A stretch of 63,836 nt of DNA, counting the filler, from Pelomyxa schiedti (taxonomy: Eukaryota > Protista > Evosea), in assembly GCA_020536535.1 (NCBI GenBank). It is 7 parts of 7 records of this genome, joined end to end, with 100 filler letters (N's around TTAATTAATTAA, not from the genome) between each part and the next. Parts side by side here need not be neighbours in the genome. Positions count along the whole stretch, not along the records: positions 27,832 to 49,090 come from JAHLWZ010001075.1; 6 more parts are not named here. One strand, given 5' to 3'. This document shows positions 29,272 to 41,950 of the stretch, piece after piece (the first letter of the stretch is position 1; each line of letters opens with the position of its first letter). The translations under genes and the position numbers were made by a program. Under the pieces are notes generated by a model, which did not search any database, had not been told where the DNA came from, and was given only the letters and a program-made list of their open reading frames with translations.

Positions 29272-30934
29272 TTAGTAGGATTGAAAGAGCCTTGCATAGA
29301 TAGGAGGCAGATGGCCCTCAGGGACAGCTGTTCCAGTGGAATTCAACCTCCTGGTTGGGTTAACTTGGGCTTGGGCTGGTTTTACAATCATTACAGGGTG
29401 CATGAGGGGGTGTATGGGGGTTGGGGGCCGCCTGTTTCCCGGTGTGGCCAGGTGCCTTGGCGAGGGAGGCGTTGGGGGAGTCCCGGGCATTGTGGGGGTG
29501 GATAAGGGGGGTGACGAAGGGAGGAGCGGCGGGGATACTCTGTTCTCGCCCCGGTGTGGTGGGGTCTTGAGCGGAGGGGGCATTGGGAAGCTGGCTCGCG
29601 GGAGAGAGGGGTCGGCCTCATCCTCGCCCCAGGACAGGAGCGGGGAGCGGGGGATAAGAGGGCTCGGGGTTGGGGTTGGGGCGAGGGGAAGCCCGAGTAT
29701 AATTGATGGAGAGGGTGATTGGGGTGGGGAGAGGGGTGGTAAAGCGAGAGAGCAGGGTGATGTGGAAGCAGTGGTGACCAGGGAAGGCGAGGAAGGCTTG
29801 CCGCCAAGTGGAACAAGTGGTGGAGGAGTAGTTGGAGGGGATTGAGGGGGTGGTGGAGATGGGGAGGATCGCCTTGATAGAATGTTATTTGGAGACTGGA
29901 ACCGCTGCATTGGTGAAGACCCACGCGTTGGCAGTTTTTCCAGTGGAGGGAGTGGCTTGTGATGTGATGGAGGCGAGCAGGACATTGAACTTTGTGGTCT
30001 GTTCATTCCGCAGTGAGACGGGATTTGCAGTTCAGCAGAAACACCCAAACGAGTGGTAGAAATTGCAGGAACACTATTGGAAAGGCAAAGAGACATGTCA
30101 CTCTTTGGAACAGAGGGGTGGAATGTGGCAATCAAGTATTCCAGGTTTACTGTAGAAATTTTTAGCGTAACCGCCTCATACTGCATCAGCTATTGGGTTC
30201 CGATGAAATGAGTGAGTTAAAAAAACCAAAGCGCGAAGCGAATGGATAAACACCTGGTACAAGTATTCCTTGGCTGGTGCAGCGCTAGGACGGCTCCTTT
30301 TCACAAAGCTGGCAGCATCGCGAAGTGGCATTTCGCAGTAGCTTATCAGATAGGCAATTGCCACGACAACCGATTGATTGTTCCCAGTGGCGCAATGGAC
30401 AAGGGTGGAATCCCTCATCTTCTCGTCCTCAGTCCCGCTGTCCCGAGACCACACAGAACACGATAATGGGCCCCCACCCACGCTCTCATTGGCATTTGGG
30501 TATGCACTAGACTTGGCGGCCTTCTTGTTGATGAAGTCCAAGCAGGTCCGCAACGTAGATGCCAAATTGTGCGGCCTGTCACTCCCAAATGCGCCCGTTG
30601 CGCACCGAGCCGTCGCGCCACTTCTTCCACTGCTTGTAGTGCTGCCACCATTGCACGAAATAGGAGGAGGAGGAGGAGGGATGCCGCTGCTACTACTACT
30701 ACAACAGGTTGGTGCATCGCAAGTGGTAGTCGAAGAGGCACCACTGCCCACGGGGCCGTACGACGGCATTGAAATGCGCATGGTGGTGAGGCCCCTGTGG
30801 GCGACAGAGATGAACTCCGAGTCGTCTACGGAGAGAAGCTTCGAGACACGGTGGTTGTTTCGAAGGGCATCGTCGTTGCTTCCTATTAGTAGGACTCGGT
30901 TCACTATTGTGGTGGGTTTTTGTTCGCTGTTCAT
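29272..30934 (-). CDS. Dual-specificity phosphatase-fold protein, probable pseudophosphatase, with Pro/Ser-rich C-terminus
   Basis: DSP-fold motifs LLIGS, LVHCATGNNQSVVVAIAYL, LRDAASFVKRSRP, QLMQYE. The CX5R arginine is replaced by Gln. Confidence 0.75.
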
Positions 30935-31017
30935 TACTGGGTGGTGGGGGTCTGGGTTTGTGTGTGTGTGGTGGGTTGTGTTGTGTGGTTTCCTTTTAGT
31001 TTGTTTGTTGTGTATTT

Positions 31018-31106
31018 GGCTGAATAAAATAATCAACAGACCGGAACGCCGTCATTTTCGTTATCGTCGCTCAGAATCGGCGGTCTGGTGTTTTTTTTAT
31101 TCAGCC
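31018..31106. mobile_element. 89-bp MITE, copy 2
   Basis: Same TIR as copy 1, flanked by ATTT at 31014-31017 and 31107-31110. Confidence 0.85.
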
Positions 31107-31196
31107 ATTTGTTTTCCACCCTTAGCTCTAGCGTTTCGGCTCGATACGTTCCTTTGTTCTTCAATTTTACCCAGTTTGCTGGGACTTTGTCCTTTT

Positions 31197-34100
31197 ATGG
31201 ATCCGACATCCTCTAAAGGTAAGGCATATTCCTACCTATGTATGCGAACATCGAACTTGCACTTGTTTCGATACTTAATTACCGGTCGGGTTCCACATTC
31301 GGCTCTCAAGGAACAAACGTGCCGACCAACCCTCACTCTCTGCACTCCTCTGGAACTCTCCGTCCTCTCCACTGTATCCTCTCCATTGCCCGTTCCAACC
31401 TTTTCATCACCGATGAAGCATTCCCGAAACGCAGACCGAGACGAACGACAAAAGAAAAAGAAAAACCGGCTGGCACCTCCTCACGGGAGCGAGGGCAATC
31501 TAACAGGCAGGAAATTCACACCCGCTCGTCGTCGACGTCATCGTGCGGCGTCGTTGCTGCCGCGTCAGCATCCGCGTCTGTATCTGCATCCCCGACGACG
31601 TCTTCTCGAGACAGCAGGGCCGGGCCCAAAATCGGCAGTGGTGGTGGAGGAGGTGTGATTTCGTTGAGCAGGCATCCTACTTCGAATTGTGCCCCCACCA
31701 ATTCGTCACCCTCATCTACTCCTGGTAAGGTGGCTGTAATATGTCTATTTTTTTTTCTCCAACCAAAAAGCTATTACTGAGAATTTCCTTCTATTTTTAG
31801 GTTTGTCACCAAGAGTAACTCCAACTGTCATTCCTCGGCTCAGAACTCACAGTTCAAGTGTTGGCGCTTCTTCAGGCTCTGCAGCTCCCTCTTCAAATCT
31901 GGGAATGACAGCTTTATCTCGCCGACTCCTTGCAAAGGAATGGAATGTAAGACTTGCGGCCAATGATGAACTGTGTACTTTATTTTCCCAGTTGCCTCCT
32001 CAGGCAACCGAATTCTCGAAATATGGTTTCCTACCTCTTCCTTTGATGTAGGGGTTGACTCATCACACAAGCACCATATTTCAAGAAATCTCTTGAGGAT
32101 CAAAGTCTACCAGTAAAAGAAAGAGCCCTTGATGCTTTGCTCATTTTTATTGACCACTCTGCAATCTCACCAACGTGTGTAGGCCTTGAATTTCTTTGAA
32201 CTGAGCCTTCTCCACTGCTAGATATGCAACTGAGCTCGCTCCTGTTTTGGTCAATAAATGCATTGTGTCTACTCGTGACTCCTTAAGACTGAAATCTATT
32301 GAGGCACTTCTCCTCTTTGTGGAAGTCAATGTACCTGAAGTTATTTTGGTTCTCTTCTTGCATATCTCCCTCCGTCCAACAAAATAATGCCAGGAAGAAC
32401 TTTCTAAGGCCTGTGTCCAAAAAGTGCCAAGACTATCTGCAATGTCGCTTCTTGCCATGAGAGAAATAGTGAGGTAGGCCCCTTCAAGAGTAGAATAAGC
32501 AAACTCTTTCGCATGTTACTCAAGAACAGGCAGTTTGGAATCCCACCCTTACCTGCCGACCCAATACTGAGGGTTCTTCAGCCGTGCTTTGAACACAGTG
32601 CCCAAGAAGTCCGTACTGAAGCTTTTACACTCGTGGTTGCCCTCCACCAGTGGCTTGGAGATTCACTGCGCCAACACATTGCCTACCTCAGGTAAAAGAA
32701 ATAAAATTGCATTTTTCTGATCTTGTTAGACCAGCACAAATGAAGGAATTGGATTCCCTTCTAGCACAAAGTGCTTCTGGTAGAATTTTTCCTTTCTTTT
32801 TTTTTTCCCCCTCTAACTTCCAAAGAAAAACCTCTGAGAACGCAGCGAATGTCTGATAACGATTTTATATTAAAAGTGCTCCTATGCAATACTGGCTATT
32901 TTCTCATTTATCTTAGGCACAGGAATTTCCACTACACGCGTCACACTCGGAAGATGATTCTGATTTTCAAGGCCACACTGAATTATATAGTGCAGAAAGC
33001 TCTTCCGAATCGGACATTTCAGATATTGGTCAGCCCAACGAACTTGAGATTTTCTTTTTTAAGAACTTTTCAGGAAAACCCTTGGGCGAAATCAAACCCC
33101 AAATTACACCCTCAAGCTCATCACAAACACCAGGAAGCACAACCAGCACAACAGTTGAGTCCCAGTTAACACTGAACACAAAAGGTGACATACTTTCCAG
33201 GCTCACTCCAGATTGGTACAAACGTATGGTAATACGCTCTTTTTATTTCAACGGTAAATGATTGAGTTCTTCAATGCCACTAGGAAGAAGGAGGATGGAT
33301 GGTGAGAAAAGAGACGTTAGATTACTTGAATAGTCAATTTCCAGGCAGCATAGACTCCAACAGTGAGGACTTTTCTCGCCTGATCCAAGCTCTCATAAAG
33401 GTACGAAGTCCTGGTCTCCTATCCAAAAGTAAACGCTCGTAGCTGCTGAGTGATTCTAATATCTCTGTCATTGCCTCTGTTACAAAATGTATTGAACTAC
33501 TTGCCTTCAATCTTGGAAAGGTAAAGAAAATCGTGCGTTGTGGGTTCACAGACATGTCAAGGAATTTGGATCACATGCAAAAAAACTCTTACCTGGTCTT
33601 TTGGATCGCTTAAAAGAAAAAAAGCCTGCCATCACTACTACGATTCATAACATTCTTGATGTACTAATTTCTGGTGCTGTACCACTTCCTGACCTAATGG
33701 ATGGTCCGTCACTTCTGATCAACCTCCTATGCTTATTATGACAGCTTTCAACAGGCATCTCAATCGCCCTCAACACCAAAATACCAAAGCTCAGATATGA
33801 AGTACTTCTATGGTTACAACATTGTATGGCTACAGCAACAAAGGAATCCCTGTTTACAGTCGAGCTCATAATGACCGATTCAATCTTGAAGGCTTGTTTC
33901 ACACTCTCCACTCTCAAGTCACATCGTTACAGTGTTTGGATGATGTTAATGTAGACGTACGAAAGATTGGCTTTACTGTGATGGGGTTGGTCTTTCTACT
34001 CTTGTGGTGTAGGTGCCTGCTCAGCCTTTTTATTCAGATCTTTTCTTGATTTACTGGGGGATAACCTGTCCAAGGCCACTGTGGCTGTTCTACTTGAAAA

Positions 34101-36140
34101 ACTGGAAAGAAGTAAAATTGCGGTCTTACGGAAGTATGTGAATTCAGACACCGCAAGACGCTGTCCTTGGCTTGCCCAACTTCCAATTGCAGTTCCATCT
34201 TCCTCTGCGACGGGGAATTCAGCTACACCACTCTCTCCTCAATTGTCAAATTCTTCAACTACGGCACAAAGTAATCCCTCGTCATCACCTGCTTGCATTG
34301 CACCTCCTCCCCTTCCAAATATGTCACCACAATCACCCTTTCCCAGTCCTGTACCTGGAGCAGCCATTAATCAAGATCTTCCCTCCCTTCAATCAAAGAT
34401 TCCTCCTCCTGTAGCCCGAGTTAATTCCTTTCCCAGGTAATCTTTTCCTCACAACAAACTTTTAGTAACGGTTTTAGAAAATCGTCAATCTCAGTAAATT
34501 GTTCGGATTCACCCCTTTCTCCTTCTCAACCTAGCTCAGTAACAACTCTCCCAGAATCTCTACTGCCTGCACCCCAAATCCCTGCATCCGCGTCGCCAAT
34601 CTCACCAAGGGCCAATGCCAGTCCATCCAATATTCTGCCTCAAGGCAATCAAAGGCCACCCCCAACTGCACCACCATTTAATCGGGAAACCCGTGTAACA
34701 CGTTCTGGGCCGAGGCGTTCATCTGTGCGGTCACAATCCCCTCCATCATCCAAACATAGCTCTGGGACAATAACACAACCAAGCTTTTCACCTAAACTTA
34801 CTAGTGTGAGTTCCAATATAACTCATGCCACTCGTGATGATTCTGGGATCCCAAGTACATTAGGTACTTAAACGGCATCTCAACCAACTTACATTGATTC
34901 AAGTTAAAAACGTATCTCCTGGGAACAGAACACCAAATTGCACTGAAGAGACTTCAATCAATCAGGGAACGCCTATGAATCCTCCTCCATCACGCATACC
35001 AGCTCCATCACATAATGACATGCAACGATACTCTCGATCAAGTAACCTAGAAAATAACTGGACCAGTTTTCAAGATAAGGAGGGGTCTTTCCTCTCTAAA
35101 CGCGTGGAAGATGACGACTGCAGTACTGATTCCTTTGACAAGTCACTTTCCCAAGGTATGTCGGAAGCAGAAATAATTTGCTGAGTCTCAAGCCATGTGT
35201 CTGAAGTGTCTAGCATGAAATCGGAACTCGAAAAGCACTATAGTGCAATGAAGGGCTATCTTTTTGGGTTGGAAGCAGAAATCCAGAGCAACAAGGGAAC
35301 CAAGCAAAGTACCAAGATTCTACAACACAAATATGACGAACTCTTACAGTCTCGAAGTTCCTTACAAACCGAAGTTTGTATCCCCCCTCCCGGCCATATG
35401 TGTAAGTGGCTCGCAGAATGCTCGTTTGGAACAAGAGGCTTCATCCGAGCGTATCCTGCGTAGTAAAGCCGAGGAAAAGCTTTCCAATATTGAAATAGGT
35501 ATTCATTTCGCACTTGCAAGTAGCTTAAAACCCTTCTAGAAATGAAAGCAGTTGCCGCAAGTAAAGTAAGCATTAAGGAAAAGATGGAACAACTGGAGGT
35601 ACTTCTGTGGTGGAAGGTTTTTTATTTTGACTTATATTTACCAGGAAACATGTGCAGAGTTAAGAAAACAATTAAAGGGTGCGAATGCCACAGTTGAAAC
35701 AACTCGACAATCTCAAACTTCTGGGGGTGTTTCGGCTTTCCTGTCCTCAGTCAATCTCCAAACCTTTCAACTTCAGGATCTCTGTACAATAGAAAAATCA
35801 GCTGATGAGTTTTTATCCTCTTTAAGAAAAGTCAAGGTACTCCAAATCACGCACTTACTTGAACATACAAACAACCGCAAACGCAACCACCCAAAAACCC
35901 CAATACCTAAACCAAAACAAACACACTAATCAAATGGAAACACAGCAAGAGACGATGGGCAAAGAGCTCGAAATGATGCAGCGAATGCACAAGATGAACA
36001 ACTGCAGCGCCTGCAAAGGTGCACCTCGGCAAGTTGTGGTGCTGCCGTGCCAGCACATGCTGTGTTCTGCCTGTGCCACGGGGCCCACGTGCCCAATTTG
36101 TGGTGAAAGAGTCACCTCCAGGATCAATGTTTTTGTGTAA
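31197..36140 (+). CDS. XMAP215/Dis1/Stu2-like protein (TOG1-TOG2, S/P-rich linker, coiled coil) with C-terminal C3HC4 RING finger
   Basis: TOG motifs LSRRLLAKEWNVRLAANDEL, ERALDALLIF, EVRTEAFTLVVALHQWLG, LRPAQMKEL, WMVRKETL, DSNISV, LLDRLKEKKP. In-frame splices run through the coiled coil to CSACKGAPRQVVVLPCQHMLCSACATGPTCPIC...INVFV*. Confidence 0.8.
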
Positions 36141-36389
36141 ACCTACAACCACCAGCCAAGCCACTCAGCCACAGGTCTCAGCCTCAGCCACAACACCCCT
36201 AAATATCTTTATACCCCAAGCACTCACTGACGAAATGCACCTGTAAGAAAATATCTAAAACGTTCACTATTCCACTTCCATGATTACTTACCTTTTCCAC
36301 CCCTAACCAACGAAAACGAAATCCTCATTCTGCTATTCAGGCTTTTTCGGTTTTTCCCTTCGATTGGTTCATTATCAAAACATAACTTG

Positions 36390-38257
36390 ATGGCTACAGC
36401 ACCCTCCACAACTCCTACTACAGCAACATCAACAGCCACAACTACATCCACTGTAACAGAAACAAGAACAGTGGAATGGTGTATTGTGGGTGCTGGTCCA
36501 GTAGGGATTAGTATGGCACTTTTGTTGGCCAAGGAGCATTCTGCACATGTGTCTGTTTTTGAGGCAAGGGACACCTTACCTCTCACGTTTGACAATAGGT
36601 TGTTCTATTTCTCCTTTCGTTTTCACTTTTTCCTCCTAACTTAAGGTAAAAATACACAACTAGTTATCCTATAGGTATTAATCCTCGGGCACTTCATGCA
36701 CTGCGTAGAATATCTCCTGCGTTGGCTACGAGAGCTGTGGACTCCGGATTGGTTGTTGATGGATGGAGGATAATGGCTAAAACGTGTGTTTCTTGATTGT
36801 TTTCCATACTCTTACGGCTCCTAGAACTCAAATTGCGAGTATTGATTCGGGAAAAGTTATCGGGACAACGAGAGCACTAATAAACAAGCTTCTCTACGAA
36901 GAAGCCTGCACCATCCCCAATATAAGTTTTCACTTCGGACATAGGCTTCTGTCAGTTGACTTTGAGACACACCAGGTTTCTATGTAATTTTACTTCAGCT
37001 TTTTTCTAATGAGATAATAAGCTAAACTTTGACTCCGGAGGTTCGACTGTTGTAGTGTCTGCTACTCGTGTAATTGGTGCGGATGGAGTAAGAAGTGCAT
37101 GCAGAGTATCAATGGAATCAAACACAGACCTTCGAACCCTCATCACTCCTTGGAATGTACACTTTCGTGTGCTCTACTCGAAGTAATTCATACCGTGAAG
37201 TTAAGCGCAAGTTACATTGACAACCAAAAGGAGTGGCGTATCTTCTCCACTGATGGATCCTAGTTACCATTATATCATTTCTCCAATAAGTGCCTACGCA
37301 GCAATAGTAGGAAAAAATATATGGAGCGCAAGCCTCACTGTAAAACCGGCATCTCCAGGTACCCCGTTAGATGCTTTCTGGTCTTGCTGAATCGCGAAAA
37401 GAGGAGGAATTATTAATGTCAAATGAAGCATCGCCAGAAAATATTCGGAAGCTAAAAAAGTGAGCTTATTTTCCTTATACAGTGGAACTAAATTTCCAAG
37501 ATATATTGCTGATGGTGCACCTCAGTTGGTTCCTTTGTTTGATGACGATGAGTACACCAAGTTCTTCTGTAACTTTCCCTCACACCCATTCCATCTGATT
37601 CACCGGAATTCTTAGCTCGGAGGACTTTTACCGGAGCAGTTGTCAAGTGCTCCCACTACAATTATGGGGAGTGGATGCTACTTCTGGGTGATGCTGCACA
37701 TGCTGTAGTACCTCCCACTGGAGAGGTTGGTTTCTAGTTGGAGGTCAACTTGCAGTTTGCTTATCATCAACAAGGGAACTGCAGCAGGGCTTGAGGATAC
37801 AGAGATTCTGTCAAATTTACTTTCCACTCACCCAACAGCCGCATTCACAGAGTACACAGCCCAGCGTCTTCCTGACTTGCACGGCTTGTGGGAAATAGCC
37901 GAGTTTCTCAAAGATGGCCTCACAGCCAGTAGCAGGGTATCTCTATCTCTCGCCACAACCACAAATTCCAATGTAATAACCCACATTAGGAAAAAGCGGC
38001 CCGTGTCATAGTCTCCATTGGACTTGCTGTTGCTAGGAAAGTGGGGATTGTGGGAACCTCCTACGAGGAACTGACCTTTGGGAGGTAAGACTTATCTCCG
38101 CACCCTTTTGAATTGAATTTGTATCAACACTAAAAACAGGCACTCTGAGGACCTTGTGCCCTACAGACAGGTTGCTGATCGTTGGCGTAGTCAGAACAGT
38201 GCTTTGTTATCTATTGCAAGAACTTTGACGTGGAGTGATGGGAAAAAACTACCATAG
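36390..38257 (+). CDS. FAD-dependent monooxygenase (kynurenine 3-monooxygenase-like), multi-exon
   Basis: IVGAGPVG (GxGxxG), SYPIGINPRAL, IGADGVRS (DG motif) and LLGDAAHAVVPPTGEG...GLED (GD motif). Confidence 0.85.
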
Positions 38258-38399
38258 TCTTTTTTTTATTTTGTTTTAGCTTTTGTTGTTTTTAGAGTTT
38301 GTGCTTGGTTTGCTTCGCCAAGAAGGTTGTTTGCTGGTTTATGAAGTGGGAGTTGGGTTGCAAGTGTACACAAAGACTCCTTGGTGTGTAGGAAGGGTG

Positions 38400-40363
38400 T
38401 TATGGGGAATCATGCCTTCTCCTCTTGGGCTTGGTCTCTTCCTCACTGGAGCTGCTGGAGGAAGAAGAGCTGCTGTCACTGTCACTTTCACTAGATGAAC
38501 CGGAGCTTGATGATGAAGACCGGGAACTGGAACTAGAAGAACTTCGGCTTCTTGACTTCCGGCGGGGTCTTTTTTGACCAGCTAGAGAGGCAGTAGTACT
38601 CAGGGGAGTCTTTTCTGTGGGTGGCTCAACCTTTACAGCAGGATCCCGCTCTTTGGGGGGTATTTCAGGTGCCTTATCTCCCTTATCTCCTTCCGCAGCT
38701 CTTCCTGTGTCTCTTGGTCGTTCCGCACCTCTATTACTATCTCGGTCACTTTCCCTGTCCCTGCCTCTGTCTCTATCCCTGTCCCTGTCCCTGTCTCGTT
38801 CAGTTTCTCTGCCTCTTTCCCTTCCATACTCTCGGTCCCGGTTTCTGTCATAGTCCATTCCTCTCTCCCTTCCTCTCTCTCTACCCCTGTCTCTGTTTCT
38901 TTCTCTTTCTCGTTCCCTCTCTCGTTGTTCTCTTTCCCTTTCCCTTTCTCGTTCTCGTTCTCGTTCACGTCCACGGTCACGTTCTGTTTCTCTGTCTCTA
39001 TCTCTATCCACATCCTTCGATTTCTCCCGTGCTGCATTCTCAACAGCTCTCCCTCCTGTCCCTTCACTCCTGCTTGCATTCATTGCATGGCCTTCATTGT
39101 TCCTTTGATTTGGCTCATTTGTTTCTGATTTGATTGTAACTCCTGTTTCTGGTTTTTCCTTGGTACTGTCTTTCTCAATTCGAGGTTGTTCCCTGTCTTG
39201 GTCTCTCTCAGTACCAACTTCTTTGTGTGCATGAGTGTCTCTAGGAGTTCTATCAGGTGATCTCCTTTCTCTGGTATGTGAATGGGATGCAGTGTGGGTG
39301 GATTCAAGCTCAGAGGAATGTTCTGCAGTGGTTTTTTTCGCCATTTTTTCTGCTTTCTTTGCCTCTTTTATCTTTTTTTTTTCTTCTTTTCGTTGTTGCC
39401 TTAGACGATGCTTTTCCATCTATATAACATAAGAATGGATTCTAAACAAGATGAAGGGTATTTGACCTTTTCTGCATGTTTCTTTTGCCTCAATGCTACT
39501 CTCTGGGCCTCTTTTGCCTCCTCCTCCTTTTTCATCAACTCTATTTGCTTTTCTTTTTCTTCCTCCAGGCGCTGTTGAGCCAACTGCAACTTCTTTTCGT
39601 CTTGTAACTTCCTGTTGAAAAAGAAAGAAAAGTCAATACACGAGTGGGGAACATGAACGAAAATAATAAACTGGGGGAGACAACGCCTGTTAAAAGCACT
39701 GCCTTCAACGTAATTATCAGAAATTCCAAGCGCTCGTCTGGCTTTAATGGTCTCCTCTGCCTTGAGCTTCGCTTGAATATGGGTTTCCAACCTGATTTGA
39801 AGTAAGTTCACAAGAATGTATTAAATGGATCCTAGTAATATTCAGAATATATTTTCTTTGTAAATAATGACACACGGACTCACACTTTACGTCGCTCCAA
39901 TTCAGCTGGGTCAATCTCCATACTCTTCAGCTTCTCTACAATTTCAGTTCGCTTTTTATTCATTCTTTCCGTTAGTTCTTCCTCGGGGAGTCTTTGTTTG
40001 GGTTTTAGCGAAAATTGAAGTAGAGTAACAAAAAGCGTACCCGCTGTCAATCAGGCCAGTTGCTTCCGCCCACTGCATGACCTGCAGCTCCACCTGCCTC
40101 TTTCTTTGGTGCTCCAAAATTGCTTCGTCTGCCTTTGCTGTCTTCGGTGGCACCACTGGTTGATCCAACATCGCAGTGTTGTTTGCTCCCGGCGGTTGAA
40201 AACCACCGGCGCCGTAGGCCGCTCCCTGAGGCGCACCAAACGAGGGTGGATTGGGTTTAGATCTCTGAGCCGCAAATGCGTGCGGCACGAACGACAAGTT
40301 GCGCTGCACGTAGCCGTTGGTACCGGAGCCGCGAGGTGTCCGTAGACCGATATTGTTATACAT
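38400..40363 (-). CDS. CWC21: Cwc21/SRRM2-type splicing factor with RE/RD-dipeptide and Ser-rich tail
   Basis: MYNNIGLRTPRGSGTNGYVQRNLS and ILEHQRKRQVELQV (cwf21 domain), plus a long RE/RD/RS low-complexity C-terminus. Confidence 0.92.
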
Positions 40364-40715
40364 GGTGTCTCAATCTTTCCTGTACCAAGCGCGATGCTGC
40401 GGATTTGCGACTTAGGCTCTCGGTGCTGGAGCCCTTTTATTTCTTTTTGGTGTTTGCTTTCTAAAGATAGCCAATGAAAAATCCCTGCCCTGATGGTGCC
40501 CAGAAAGTGGGTCTCCCATCCATTTCTACTGCCCACTGGAGTCACTGAGCCCTGAGTTCTCACTCTGAGGATCAACCTGTTGCATGATGTGACATCTGCA
40601 GATCTGGTTCGGGTTCTTTAAGAAAGGAAGCGTTGTGGTAGGCCTCCACGTGGCCAACCGCCACCGAAGTTTTTGTTTTTAAAGTGCACCCTGCGCACAC
40701 TGCACATGAAAGTGA

Positions 40716-41729
40716 ATGGGGCCGACGCGTTGTAACGTCGCGGTGGTCGCCGTAGTGTTCGCTGCGATGCTGGCTGGGCCCTTGGTGCCGCACGCTGCCG
40801 ACGGGTGGCTGGAGGCCCTGGTGGGGAGCGGCGTGGTGTCCGCCACCGGCGTGGGCGTGCACCAATTATGGGAGCTCCTCATGGTGCCCGTCTTCGGCGT
40901 GACTTGTTGGTCCCTGCTCCTTCTGCTCGCGGACACGAGCACGAGCAGGAGGGCGATGGCGAGGCATGGTTCCCATAATACGGCGCAACGGTTCGCTCCC
41001 GGGTTGCTTGCTCATGGAATCATAGCCGCGGCTCAGGGCTCTGGAATGCACTCTTCGGCGAATTCCATCTACTACGCATTGACAACCGATTCTAGGGCTG
41101 TTCCAAGCAGCCGTGCTTTGGGGGTTGTCTATTTTCAAGATGAAGTTCTGGGTCACCATCTACTGCTCGGCGGAATTGCACTGATGATCCTATCCTTGGT
41201 TTGTTGCTATATTGGCCTTTCCTAATAACACTCTGAAACCTGAATTCTGAAACTGCCCTGTATATCTTTTTCTGATTTTCCTTTTCTTTTCTTCCTCCCT
41301 CAGGTCCTTGCAGACTTACTCGGTGCGAGGAATCATCAACCAACGCATACGCGCTTGTCACACTCGCAATGGCTACACACCGTAGCCCTGGATATTCTGC
41401 TACTACTTCCACTATCCGTTGCCGGCGGCATTGCATGGTTCATGGCAGCCGTTGAAGGCCAGGTTGTGCACACCGTGGGGATTCCCCTGTGCCTCATGGT
41501 CATTGCCAGCACAGCGCTACTGATTCGGAACCAACGCCGGCCGTGCTTGGTTGCTAGGCACTGGTGCATCGTATCCTGCCTGTCTCTGATTCTGATGATC
41601 ACGTGGGGATGGTGGTTTGATTGGCACTGGCCGGAATTCGGGGTGCTTGGATTTGGACCCTTTTCGTCTTGGCCTGGAAAAATCCTGCATCACCTTACAC
41701 AGCTTCTACAGGGCAAAAGCGGAAAATAA
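40716..41729 (+). CDS. Multi-pass membrane protein, CLN6-like
   Basis: Several hydrophobic helices. GSGMHSSANSI and YFQDEVLGH resemble CLN6 GASIHLVGDSV and YYYDEYLGH. One intron at ~41200-41303. Confidence 0.45.
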
Positions 41730-41950
41730 AAGAGGCAGAAACCCCGTCCCCTAATTGTAATCTTGGTGCCGGAATCCCAACAAAAAAAGATATCGGCGGA
41801 AAAGAGTGTTGTCTTTTGATGATTTATGGAATCTCGTCTATTGACCATGAGAAACTATCCACGGCTGATTTTTTTTCCTCCTCAGAGTGGAACGATCTCA
41901 CAAAAGACAGTTTCGTTCATTTGTTTTCAACAAAAAAAGGCACATCAAAA

